Assembly (NCBI GenBank): GCA_000165425.1
Contig: CT868518.1
Coordinates: 186,001 to 250,000 of the forward strand
Source of the DNA: Paramecium tetraurelia
Taxonomy: Eukaryota
Length of the DNA: 64,000 nt
Reading direction: 5' to 3'
The notes under the pieces: model-generated
The model's database searches: none
Told to the model about the DNA's origin: nothing
The model's input: the letters and a program-made list of their open reading frames with translations, nothing else
Made by a program: the position numbers and the translations under genes
Part shown: one piece after another, positions 24,901 to 37,730 of the stretch
Layout: each line of letters begins with the position of its first letter
Numbering within the stretch: position 1 is the first letter of the stretch

Positions 24901-25680
24901 GAAGTTCTAATTTATTTTATGAAACAATTGAGGCAAAATTAGTAATCGATTAACTATAAGATGTCTATGGATCATAGAATGTTGTTGTTGAATGGTGGGA
25001 TAGATCATGGAGTTAAATCCCAAATATCATTTTGCTAGCTATCCTTGCTATTCTTATTCTAATCATATTTTTATTTTTCTTTTGTTATAAACCTGTGATT
25101 GGATTGCTTTCTAAATGTTTTTCTACTTTCAATGAAAAAGTTTTAAGAAATAATTCTAATGGATAAGATTAATAAGAGTTAAGACCATTTTTGAAATGTA
25201 AGATTAATATATGTTTATTTTAGTTTTAAAAAAGGATTAAATTTAGGAAGATATGAAATTCACTTAATTTCAAATGATGTTTGCTCCTTCAATTTATAAG
25301 GGAAAATATCTCAAATTATTGAATGAATTAGAAATACCTATTGGCGTCAATAATAATAACGAGATCCCAATAATAAACAATCAAGATATTAAAATAGAAT
25401 AATTGCCTCTAGCCTAAAGCCAAATTAAATAATCAGCTTTAGTTTAAAATGAAAATTAGAATCAAAACTCTTAGAATAAAGCTAACAATCAAAATGATAT
25501 TTCATAAAGTCAATTTAATAAATCAAAAGCAGAATAAAGCCAAATTTTAGGTTCTTAGTAGAAATTGATTGGCTTAAGGTCCTACCATAAAGCAGTATTA
25601 TTTATTTCTTATATTAGTATAATAAATAATACCAACAGTATTATGAATGGGATGAAATAAAAGCCATAAATATTGAATGA
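21922..25680 (+). CDS. OSCA/TMEM63 (CSC1)-like multi-pass channel (TMEM16/OSCA/TMC superfamily)
   Basis: FGVGINLYFRFLKK, APIPENINWNNL and RYAQVLTALYICFMYTPALPILY...YFVDK...YRKP; multiple TM segments; TGA at 25678-25680. Confidence 0.75.
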
Positions 25681-26416
25681 TAAACTATTTAATTATTGTA
25701 ATCAATTATGCTAAATTAAAAATAAATATTAATAGAATATAGGTTATTAATGAATAGTGAAACTATTATACAGCAGAAATTATTTCTTTTTAGGTTTATA
25801 GCTTACATCTTTCTCTGTTAGTCATTTATAAGTAAGTAAATTTCATAAAATTCATGTGTTATTAAGAGATTATTTCTTTAAATAACATACAGTAAATTAA
25901 TTTTAAGCAAAAATAAATTACAAATAAATTCATATATTTGATAAGAATACCCTAAAAATATTTCAAAACCTTTGGATTAAATACAAATAGCTTTTAATAA
26001 GTATGTAGCTTAAATTGATCGATCCATCTACTCATCATCTTTAAACAGTCTCATTGCTATCATCTTTCAATTAAAAATAACAATATATCTTATTTAAATT
26101 TTTATAATCACATATACATTTTCACAAACTGAATTTATTTATAAACACTTACTATTAAATCTCTTCTAAATGTTATTCTTTAGATTGAATAACCATTATG
26201 TTGGATGATAAATGAGAAAAGTTTAAGACATTAGATCATTTTGAAATCATCAATAAATATGTATCTCTTTATTTATTCACCAATCATTTAAAAGTAAGGG
26301 TTTTTCTATCAATATATTTACTTATGATAATATAATTCAGATTTGTTTAGATTATTATTAATTGTTATGTAATATTAAACTTTATAAACTGTCACTTGTT
26401 ATAAATATTAATTCGA

Positions 26417-28540
26417 ATGATGAATAATGCTACCGAATACCCATCTCAAATCACTGAGACCATTCAAGGAATCACCTTTTCAAGTGCATTCGATTCTGGT
26501 AATCTAAAGAGTGTTCGGAAGGAAAACAGTGGAAGAGTACGTAAATTATAACATTATTAAGTACATCCTTAACATATCAAGTGATTGGGGAATTAATGGC
26601 AAGACAACTAATTATAGAACATGGTTTTATTTCTCAGTGTCTGGGGTGAATGAAGGAGAACTTACATTTGTAATAGCCAATATGTAAAACTAAGTAAGTA
26701 ATTACAAATTCATCTTAGATGGGACTTTTCAAAGATGGTATGTAGCCAGTCTATAGAAATTGCCATTCGTCTCAATGGGAGAGATTAAAATAACCATGTT
26801 AATATCGCTTAGTTCCAGAGGGTCATTTTGAAATAACTTTTAAGCATTGTTTTCTTAATGATTCAACAGTTTATTTTGCCTTTTTCTATCCTTGGAGTTG
26901 TGAAGACAATGATGTATTTAACATATATAGTTATAGAATTTTCTATAACTATGTTAAGCTATGTCTCTTTAGGTGCCTGAAATATATTATGATAATTCAG
27001 TACTGGCTTACTCTAGAGAAGGTAGACCTATTAATCTAATTACAATAACTAATGGATCATCCTAAATTAAGGAGGAATCTATACCTGGTTTATTCCCATA
27101 GAGTCGGCCTTATCAATTCAAAAAACCACACATTTTTATTTCAGCTAGAGTTCATCCAGGGGAAGTGCCAGGATCTTTTGTTAACAATGGATTAATGAAG
27201 TATTTACTCAACGCATATGATCCTGCTGCATAAGTGGCCAGAGAGAAATTTGTTTGGTCTATCATTCCTATCATAAATCCTGATGGTGTTTATAGGGGAC
27301 ATTACAGGACTGATTCCTTGTGTTAAAATCTAAATAGATATTATCTATCTCCTTCAAAAGAGGATCACCCGACAATTTATGCGATTAAAGAATATATAAT
27401 GAGGCTTTAAAATACTGATAGATTTTATGGGTATATTGATCTACATGCCCATGCTGGTCATAAGGGAGTATTTATATACGGAAATTAATTATCATCATTA
27501 AGTTAGCACACATCAAATTGCATAATTCCAAGATTGATTAGCTTATACTCGGAAATATTCGATTATGATGCATGTAACTTTACCGAAAAAAATATGTATG
27601 CTGCAGATAAAGGAGATGGTTTAAGTAAGGAAGGTTCAGGGAGAGTAGCATTTTATAAGATTTGTGGCATTATTCATAGTTACACTCTAGAATGTAATTA
27701 TAACACAGGAAGAATTACAAATATTATGTATGAAGAGAGTGTTAGTAACATTTATATTAAAAATAAGATAATTCGTATACAGATGATTAATTAGATGAAA
27801 ATGTTGTATTGGGATCAGTCTAAACATCTAATCCGAAGTCTTATTTCTTTACAATTTAAGATTATGAACAAGTAGGAGTGGGCATTGTGAATGCATTTAT
27901 AGATTTTAATCTTATAAATCCCAGGAGTAGATTATCAGCTTCCCCTTTTAAGACTTTAGCTAATTTGAGATCATTTTTAGCTTATAATATTATGAAAACT
28001 ATGCATTATAGATTCGAACCATATTTAAGGAAGGTTTTAAAGTAAACTAATTATTTATTCTAAAGGTTTATAAATAATAAAGAATAATTGAATAGGGTGT
28101 TGAAAGCTTTTTATGAATATATTTGCAATGGATAGATAAAGGATAATTTAGAGGGTAACTTAGATACTGTGGTTGTAAAACCATAAACAAGATATTAAAA
28201 GGCTTAGGAAATAAAGAAAGAAAAAAAACAACAATAATAGCAATAATAATAACAATAATAATAGCAATAATAATAACAACAACAATAATAATAATAATAA
28301 TAACAATAATAACAATATAAGTAAAATTTCAGAAGATCTTAGTATGAATAAATTCCAGTTAAATAATACCCTTTTTCAGAAGTGGATTTAGATGCCAGGT
28401 AAATGAGAACACAGAGCTAAGGCAAAACAAGAACCAAATCTGAAACAAAAAAACAATAATAAGTGTAGTAGTAGTAATAATAACCATTATAATAAAAACC
28501 ACAAAGAGCATTTAAAATTAAAAGAAATGTGAAAATATGA
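26417..28540 (+). CDS. AGBL5: Cytosolic carboxypeptidase CCP5/AGBL5-like (M14D tubulin deglutamylase)
   Basis: [56 protein letters not shown] and [12 protein letters not shown]. Confidence 0.9.
28229..28315 (+). repeat. Coding poly-Gln tract (29 Q) of mixed CAA/TAA/TAG codons
   Basis: 87-nt (CAA/TAA/TAG)n run in frame in the CCP C-terminal tail. Confidence 0.85.
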
Positions 28541-28565
28541 CAAAAAATTAGTAATTTAATCAACT

Positions 28566-30269
28566 TCATGTATATTTTTTAAATTTGTTCTAATTTCTAA
28601 AACATTAGTTAAAACAATTTTAAATAGATGGTTCTATTTTTGATTCTTCTGATTATGAATCTTGAATGTTTTCCTTTTGAAATATCAATAAATTAAACTT
28701 ACTTAAGGGTCTAATAAGCTGGACTTCAGGTTAATTTTTGATCCAGTTATTCTTTCATAAGTAGTGATTCCATAATACAAATTCTTTGTCTAGTATATAC
28801 ATAGAAGACTAATACATAGAATTGATGTTTTACAAAATTGGAGTAATAAATATCAATATATTTAAGATAGGGTATAGCATTAATGAATAGTTGCATAGAG
28901 ATAAGCTGTCAGATTTAAAATAGTCTATTTAGATAAAAGTAAATACAGAAAACGATTATTGCAGCCGAATAAATCTAAATAAGGATTAAGGTACTAAGGT
29001 AAATATAAAAATAAATTAAGTTTCTAAACATAGTTAATCTATGATTTACTTGGCTCCAACACAGTTATTTATCCATGGACAATGATGATCATAAACCACT
29101 ACACATTTTTTACAGAATTCACAATGTTTCGATCTTAAAGGTTTAATGACCCAACAATCTGGACAGATATTGATAGGATCTATCTATTAATTCATAGCCT
29201 CTTCCACAGTAATTTGCAAAGTAATGAATCCTGGATTGCAACATTATGCCAGAACAGAGACAATTAGCAAAATAGCCAGCAGACCAACAAAGATTTACAA
29301 CAATATTCCTTACAATTGCCATAAGATGTATCCTATACAACCTTAGGATGTCAGAATTACAAAGTAGTAAACGAAGACAGATTTTCTGTTCCTTTTAATC
29401 GGATGATAAGGCTGTTTCAAATTATATAATAAAGCAAAATCCATTTTGTCCTCAAGCATCTTCTTGATTTAACTGGATTCTGTCAAATTAATGGGTAGCT
29501 ATCCGTCTACATCCTAAATAGAAAATTATCAAATTACTTCTATATTTCTTTACGCTCCCTTTATTAATAATTTCTTAACAACTCTAGATTGTCCATAAGA
29601 TGCCCCAATATGTAATGCAGTTTATTCTTCGTTATTCTTTTAATCCATATTACAACCAAATGAAATCAAATAACTCACAGTTAATTCACAACTAGAACCT
29701 CAAAAAATAATAGATTACTTTTAATATGCTGCCCAATGCAAACAAGTATTTCCTGCATCATCTTTAGCATTAATGGAGATTCCTTATTATATCCAATACC
29801 ACTTCTATACTAAAAACATCATACCACCATATATGGTTAATCTCCTTAAGCTGCTGCATGTATAGGCAATAAGCCAGATCCGCTTTTAAGAGCAATATCT
29901 GCGCCCATGTTTATTAAGATCCTCACAGCTTACTTAGATAAATGCTATCAAATATACCACATTTCCATTGTAGGATGCAATATGAAGAGCTGTGAAGATT
30001 TCAATATTGTAAGTATTAACTAATTTTCGAATCTCATTCTCTTTATAATTGTCTTAGGAATATTGTTCAAGAAATCTCAGGAATGGATAATCATTTTTCT
30101 GCACAGCAATATGTAGAACTAGATTAATATGAAAACAATTACTGGTTTATTTCTTGCCACAATCTAGATTCAGTATGTTTGGTTTGACTTTGCTCATAAA
30201 TTCCATTAATTGTTCGATTGAATTACTTTATATCATTTCCTTCATAATTTATTGTGAATCATCAATCAT
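28566..30269 (-). CDS. Ankyrin-repeat DHHC palmitoyltransferase (AKR1/ZDHHC17-like)
   Basis: Ankyrin repeats ([25 protein letters not shown]); [35 protein letters not shown] motif; TGA at 28566-28568. Confidence 0.93.
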
Positions 30270-30782
30270 TATTATATAATATATAATAATTCCATTTTAT
30301 AATTCGCATTATAATATCTTAAATCTCAAACACGAAAGAATATCAAATCCATACTCAGAATAAAATCACAAGTTTAAATAACATCCAAATAAATTTGCAT
30401 TATCCATCATTAAATCCTAAAATTAACAAGAATCTCAATATACAAATTCAATACTTTGTAATTCTTTATCATAAATTCTTCAAGTCAATATTTCATAGTA
30501 CTTTTATGAATCAAATAGTATTCACAATTCTTGAAATTTTACTTCTGTTCAGTATGATTTGCATTGATCATGTAGTCAATTTTAAGTTTTGGCAATTCAA
30601 ATCCAATAATTTGGATTAATTAACTTATTAATATCAACTGTCTTAATATAAAAATCATCTTGGATCAAGTAATTTAACTTTATAGAAAAGCATTTATCGT
30701 AATAAATAATAAACACCTAAAATACTTATACATTTTATTTGATTTAAAATTAATTATCAAGATATAAAATATTAGAAAACAA

Positions 30783-32645
30783 TCATTATTATTTTGATCT
30801 TAAGATGTTAAGGAACATATATGCTCCAAATCTTATGGCTACCACAAAAGCAATTAGAATTCCTACTGATTCCCATTATCCTACTTCAAATCCTAGGGTG
30901 TCAATGGGATCACCAAACTCATAGCTTCTTCCGTCGAATTCATTTGTAGCTAGTGCTTCAAAAGAATATTTAACAGGACTTATGTATTAGATCCATCCAA
31001 TCCAGACGAAAAACTACTTTGAATTTGCGAAGAAACCTGAAAAGATAATTAAAGGCAGTAATATCAATGGTACTATACTAGTAGCCACTTTAATGTCATT
31101 AAATGCACATCCAGCCATTAATCCCATGCTATTACCATTTAAACAGGTGAGTATTGCAATGAATATATGTGTTACAACAACCCCTCCGTCTTTTGAATTG
31201 AGACCAATCATCCAATAAAGAATCAGTTCCTACATAATTGGAGAGATCAGACAAAAAGGTATTTCAACAAATGATTTTCCCATGAAATATGAAAATGTAG
31301 TATACAGCTTTGAGTTTTCTTCTCTTAAAAATACATCTCTTTCTGTTGCAAATTGCAACACAACTGGAAATAATGAACTCATAGTAAGATTGATGCAAAG
31401 AAAGAACATACATCCAGACATACTAGTGTAATCTGCGAATGTTCCTGAATCTTCTCCAATACCATAGTATGAGTATCCAAGTAATAATCCCATAAATATT
31501 GCCATACCAACTCTTTATTTTATGATCATTTTATCTCTTACAAATCCTTTTATTGCTCTTTTAGCTATTAGGTTTATTTAAAAAGCAGTAGAAGTCTCAA
31601 CTTACTTATAGACTAATTCAGTTTTTGAAGATTCTTTGATTTCCTCTAATACTTGTGGATGTAATTATTTTTCATATTGGTCAAAGTAGATAGGGAAATT
31701 ATCTATGTTAATTTGACTTTCTTGATGCATAATGCTCATCATATAATCCATTGGATTACTGTGATCTGGGCAAGGAAATCCTATTCCCTTAAAGTACCCA
31801 ACCAATTTAGTTCTATGCCCTTAATAAATAAATTTTCCTTGAACCAATAGCATGACTCTATCAAAAAGTAAGTATATATCTGATGATGGCTGATGAATAG
31901 TAAATATGATTGTCCTATCTTGTTCATGAGCAAGCAGTTAAAGTTCATATCTAGCATATAAAATAAATATTACATAATTTAGAATGCAGTAAATGAATCT
32001 AATCCAGAGGTAGGTTCATCTAATAAAATGCATGAGGGATTAGTGACTAATTCAAATCCAATTGATGTTCTCTTTCTTTCTCCACCTGAAATTCCTTTCA
32101 ATGATGGACCTCCAATTATTGCATTTTGGCACCTTTCTAATTTCATTGTTTTTATAGTGTCTTCTACTCTTGATTATTTCAATTCTGGATCTGTATACTT
32201 TAAATCCGCAACAAATTGTAATGCTTCTCTTGGAGTCAAAGTTTCAAAAAGAACATCATTTTGCATAACATAAGCAGCAAAATTTGAAAATGTCTCAGAA
32301 TCATACTCCATCTAATTTGCAAGCACTTTCCCCTTTAATTTGACTGTTTTAGAACTGTAAACACGAGCAGCAAGTATGTTCAGCAACGATGTTTTACCAG
32401 CACCAGATGCTCCTAAAATGGCTGTAACTTCTCCTCCTGGACAATATCCATGTAAATTACGCAAAATGTCTCTTTTATCTATGAATTTTAAAGAAAATCT
32501 TACGTCCTTTCTAATCAACCACTTAATATTCAATATTTTGAAATGCAATATCTACTACTCTTCTACATCTTAAACTTTTAGCACTCTACACTGTGTCATT
32601 AAGTCTTCCAGCTTCTATTTATGGTTATATTTCTGTTTCTTACAT
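30783..32645 (-). CDS. ABCG (White-like) half transporter
   Basis: Walker A GASGAGKT, signature ISGGERKR, Walker [12 protein letters not shown] and TIHQP, followed by an ABC2 membrane domain ([14 protein letters not shown]). Confidence 0.95.
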
Positions 32646-33757
32646 TAATTATTGGTAAAAAATTTTAATTAAATCTGTATAAAAATAGCAATTTAGAATT
32701 CTGTGATTCCAATACACAACTAGAATTTATCAAAAATTCAGAATTTTGTAATGAATTAATTTAGAAGATTCTAACCACACAATCTTAAGAGAAATCCTTT
32801 ATTAAAATATACTTATTTTATAATACTAACAAGCTAAACTAACTATAAAAAGTAGCAAATGTCAAAGGGATTGTCATTTTTATATTAAAATAGCATTTTT
32901 TAAAATCATGCAGATTGATCAATTTGGTTTGAAAATAAGAAATTACTTGTTAATTTTGATTAGTTTTAGATTATTTACTTAAGAAAATATAATTTGGAAA
33001 CTAAAATAATTCTTCAATTCCGAAAATTATTTATAATAAAAATAAATTAATCAAATTTATAAATATATTATATTTATACAATATTAATTTTTTAATTCTA
33101 AATTACAATTATTATTCCTAAAATTTATATTATAAAAGAAATAAATCACTCTATTAGATTAAGATTTAAATTCAATTTTTTTATTTTGATATCTTTCATA
33201 TAGATATTAAAAGCATGAGAATGATCATCATTTTCAAAAACACTCAAAGAACAATTAATTACACAAAATTTGTAGGGTTTCCATTAAAGTGTAATTAGAA
33301 TTAGGAATTAGGTATTCATAGTATTAATTAAGGTATTATTTCTTTATAGTAAACAATTGTCATTCAAAAATATAATATAGTAATTTTAAATAAATTACAT
33401 AGATATTTTGAGGCCTCCTTACTGATCAAGTCAAAAGATAATTTTGAGACTTGACATAGATTATAATTTTGAGGAACAAAATAGAGTGAATTTTTAGAAT
33501 TAAAAATGTAAATGAAGTCAAAACTAATTCAGAATTTTATTATGCTGACCAATAACGGTCCAAGTAAAACATCTAAATATCTTATATATGAAAATACAAA
33601 TCTTCCCTATTTTTAAATGAAACTTTTTAATTCTCTTATGAACATAAAAATAGAATAATGCCAAATGATTTTATTTTAAGAATTGAATTATTAAGTGTGA
33701 TAGCTTATCAAGTGTTATTAGTTCATTAATATAATATTGTTAAATAGAAAAATCAAA

Positions 33758-35632
33758 TCAAATAAATATAGAATTTTATATCATATAATCTAATAGTTAT
33801 TTAGGGCTAAAGACTTTCAACTCATCATATTCAACAAAATACTCTATACCATTATCGTACTGACATTGAAAAAACAATTACTCATTCATTAACAGATGTG
33901 AGCAAATATTAGAAATCATTATATTGTAACTTTTTATTTAATTTAATTCTTAATCATACTGAATCATCTTAGATTCATGATTATCAACTAAACAAACTTA
34001 AATTTCGACATCTTTTATTCTTGGTATTATAGGTACACTGCACCTACTTGGTTTATTTTAAGCAATTCTATCTAATTGAAGTTTTTAGATCTCTTATTAA
34101 ATTTATTGACTTGTTTTTACTTGGTTTAATTGTTTTGGTTCTTTGAATATGTTTAAATCTAAATTATCATTCCCTTTTGGCTTTTAATATATAATTTGAT
34201 CTAAAATGTTATCTTTTTCTGTTTTCTTCTCTTCAGAATAATTAATACTTTAATGTAAACTAATATTATTTATAGAGCTTGAATTGTCACTTTTGTTGTT
34301 ATTTGATGACCTATTCAAAATATTTTTATTATCATCGTCGCCATCAATTTCAATTAAGTTTGAATTATCATTAGAAGGATTTTTGTGATTATTGAATTTA
34401 TTATTAGTTTATTAATAACTATTATCATTGTTTTTATTATTACTATCAATTATTGATGATACTAATTTAGAAGAATTCATATTTAAAAACGATATTAAAT
34501 TTCCAGATTTTACTGCTCTAAATTTTTACTTTTTTGATCCATTATTATTTAATTGAAATTTTTCTGAATTTGTTTAATTATTTTTATTATCAAATTATTT
34601 AAGCTTTTAATTAACATGATGAATAAGAGGTTAATTTTTATCAATACTCTCTTCAAAATTTTATATTTCCAACTAAAAAGATTCATCTTGATTTTCAATC
34701 GATATAAAATCACTTGATGATTGCCATTATTTCTTTTTCCTTTCTTAATCGAACAATTATTTGTTAATTTCTACTTTAGATGATTCTAAATTACTCTGAA
34801 GCTTTTGCTATTATAACTGATTGATTTTGTTCTTCTTTTCGTTTGAGTTTGACTTCTTAGAACTTTTTTTTACTATTTTACTATTATTTTAAATCTAAGA
34901 TTTCTAATTATTAATTTTTTGTTACTCATTTTAAACTTCTATTTATTGAATTTTTTATTATTCATTTATCTTTTTCTAAGCTTTCTCTATTTAGTTTAGT
35001 AATTTGATATCTCTTTCAATTGTTGACTCCTATTTAACAACCTAATTCAGATTTGTCATTGATTAGGTAGTAACTATCATCTACTTGATCTAATTTTCTC
35101 CGATAAAAGGAGGCAGAGGAGCAAATTGTACTACCACTCTTTTTGAGTCAAATTTAGAATCCTAAGTGCTAAGAGTAACATCTTTTAAGTTTTAGTTGAT
35201 GATAGATGAGGTTTAAATGAATTTGTTAGAAATATTTTACATTTTCCATTAATGATCTTAAATAGACTTACTTTTTTAATTCATCTGGGGAGTGTAAACT
35301 TAACAAAATTTGCTTTTAACATGAACTCTTATACCATCTTAGGAGGGATAAATCTTTTTATTGTAGAATAAATAGGCAATCCTAGTTTCAAAGCGTCTAT
35401 ATAAAAATTAATAATTGAAATATACTACCTTATTAAATAGGAAGATTCTTCAGTGAAATTAGATTACTTCTCCCAAGACATGTTAGAAATGGGTTATCCT
35501 TACCATTTAACTGCATAATAATAATTGTTCTTGGTTAGTTTTTTCCCATAAATAAATTATGCTTGATTGATAGCTAAAAGTTAGAAATTAATGGATACCT
35601 GAATGGTTGTTCTTGCGATTAGAATTTTTCAT
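33758..35632 (-). CDS. HP1-like protein: N-terminal chromodomain, long N/Q-rich hinge, putative C-terminal chromoshadow domain
   Basis: Chromo-like FIYGKKLTKNNYYYAVKWQGQPISNMSWEKQSNF; C-terminal ICSHLLMNEQLFFQCQYDNGIEYFVEYDELKVFSPKQLLDYMIQNSIFI; TGA at 33758-33760. Confidence 0.7.
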
Positions 35633-35691
35633 GTTATTTAAAATAGTGAATCAAATTAAAGGGAGGAAATAATTTATAATATGTATTGATA

Positions 35692-37698
35692 TCATTTTCT
35701 ACAATCACAATCACAAACTGGACATGTCTGCTTCCATTACTACATATGTTCATAGTGTCCTCCATGTTGGCATGTACTACAAAACAATCCATGACTTGTA
35801 ATAACTTGTTAACAGATTGAACAAATTGTCCTATTTTAATTTTACTTCACATTTCCCAATTATAAGGGTCCCTACCCATATATTTCGTTATTCAGCAAAT
35901 CTCTAAAATTACCAACCTAAAAGCTAGTTGATTTTAGTTTCTTATAAATGCAGAAATTAAAAGGACTCTAAGCTCTAAGTGCAGTCTTCAGAACATTCAA
36001 TTTGCTGAATTCCACCTTATCACTTACTATTAAGGGAAAATTATTGAGTTAATTCCATATAATATAAATAGGACATTCATTTTATATCTTTTAAAAGTTA
36101 TCATAAGTCGAGATGCTTTAAGTTCCTTTTACAAATAGCTTTGGATTTGGTTAACTATTGTATTTACTAATTTCATCTTTAATGAGATCTTTAATTTAAT
36201 CCTTCATTTCAATATTGGATTCCAATTTCAATTAATAGACACAATCTAATAATTTCTTCGTATCTTTTAAATTGCTTTTCTTAATTGAATAAGCTATCTA
36301 ATCATATAATCGATAAATCTAATATTGTGAATTCCATAATTTTTTGAAATATTCTTGAAAGTCTTTAATTAAATTCATTTCTTAATGTTGAACCTTCTTT
36401 AATTATTATTGATAGATGCAATCGGATAAAATTTTCAAGATTTTCATGTTGTATTCTTAAAGATCCACTAAATTATATAATTGATTTGATTACATGTAAC
36501 TCCACTAGTAAGAACAAAGTTAGCAATATTTGAGTTATATAATTTAAAATATTCCTCTAATGGTTGAAATAAGATTTTTAATGGATTATTAATACTAGTG
36601 TTATTATTATTCTTTTTCATATGACTTGTAAAATATTCATGCAGTGCTGTGATATTATCAACATGGAAAGAATAACTGCCAAAATCATAGATCTAAAATA
36701 ATTAAAAAAAAGGTTACACTGATTTCAACATTTTAATTGATGACAGTCTTTTTATCTTATTATTCATATACTTTTTTAGATAGATTTTTAAATTGTTCTC
36801 CTAAGATAATTACATCTGGATTATTGTGCAAATCATAAATTTCATAATCCTTATAAAATGCTACCTTCTCAACTTTTTGTTCTTTAGGTACTTCCTATTG
36901 ATGAAACTGAGGAAAATAGTGATAATAAAATTAGAAATTCAAATAATCATAGGCTTCATCTTCTTTTTCTGATATTAATTAAACGCCAGCTTAAAAAAAA
37001 GGTTATAGATTTTCTTCATCTTCTCTGATTTCGACAACATGTCTTTATTATTGATTGGATTGTTTTGTTTTGGGTTGTGAAAATACAAATGAGTTCAATT
37101 CTTACAAAGTTGTATACTAAGCTTTCTATTCTTTGGCTTATTTTTAATGACTAGTTGCAGTGTTGTGTACAGTAATTAAGTGACCCTGAGGAGACCAACA
37201 ACAAGTAGAGAATCCTTAATAAGGAATAGGCTGAGTATGAGTATGTGCTTTCCCAAATTCCTACTTATCTGATTTCTTTCCACTGTTTGTTGATATCTCA
37301 AATGATAAAACAATGTTGCAAATTTCTGGTACTATGCTCTTAATCAATTCCAATGTGGAAGTGTGTTGACTTTGTTTGACTAATTATGTCAATTTCTCAC
37401 TTTCTGCATAGACTTTCCAGCTATCAACTTTAAAGCTAACCTGCTTAATATATAATTCTCTATCAAGTAGAGATAACAATAGGATCATCATGTGATCTTA
37501 TTGTTTTTCTGCACTTTTTGTTCGTGACAATTTAATTGTGCAAATATTATTCTCCTCATTTAGTTTTGTTACTTATAATTTATTTTCTGACACCTTTCTA
37601 AACTCCTCATTGATTTCATTTTGAAATCTGCTGCTATTATTGAATGAGGCATCTTCATCATCTTAGGCATAGCCGAAATTAGGATTTTCTTCTATCAT
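35692..37698 (-). CDS. GATOR2/SEA-complex subunit-like protein (WDR59/WDR24-type C-terminal RING), no WD40 propeller seen
   Basis: C-terminal CSICQQVITSHGLFCSTCQHGGHYEHMQQWKQTCPVCDCDC; upstream PIPYQGFSTCCWSPQGHL resembles the WDR59 insertion-blade region. Confidence 0.7.
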
Positions 37699-37730
37699 TG
37701 AATTATAATTTACTATTTAATTATAACAGA
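37699..37730. promoter_or_regulatory. Putative compact bidirectional promoter (GATOR2-like / IQ protein)
   Basis: Only 32 bp lie between the divergent ATGs. Confidence 0.5.

Noticed and set aside
4261..37698. Functional cluster of lysosome/TORC1 or ion-channel genes (TRPML, OSCA, GATOR2)
   Set aside because: The genes are dispersed among unrelated ones, and these families are abundant in Paramecium, so there is no evidence of an operon-like system.
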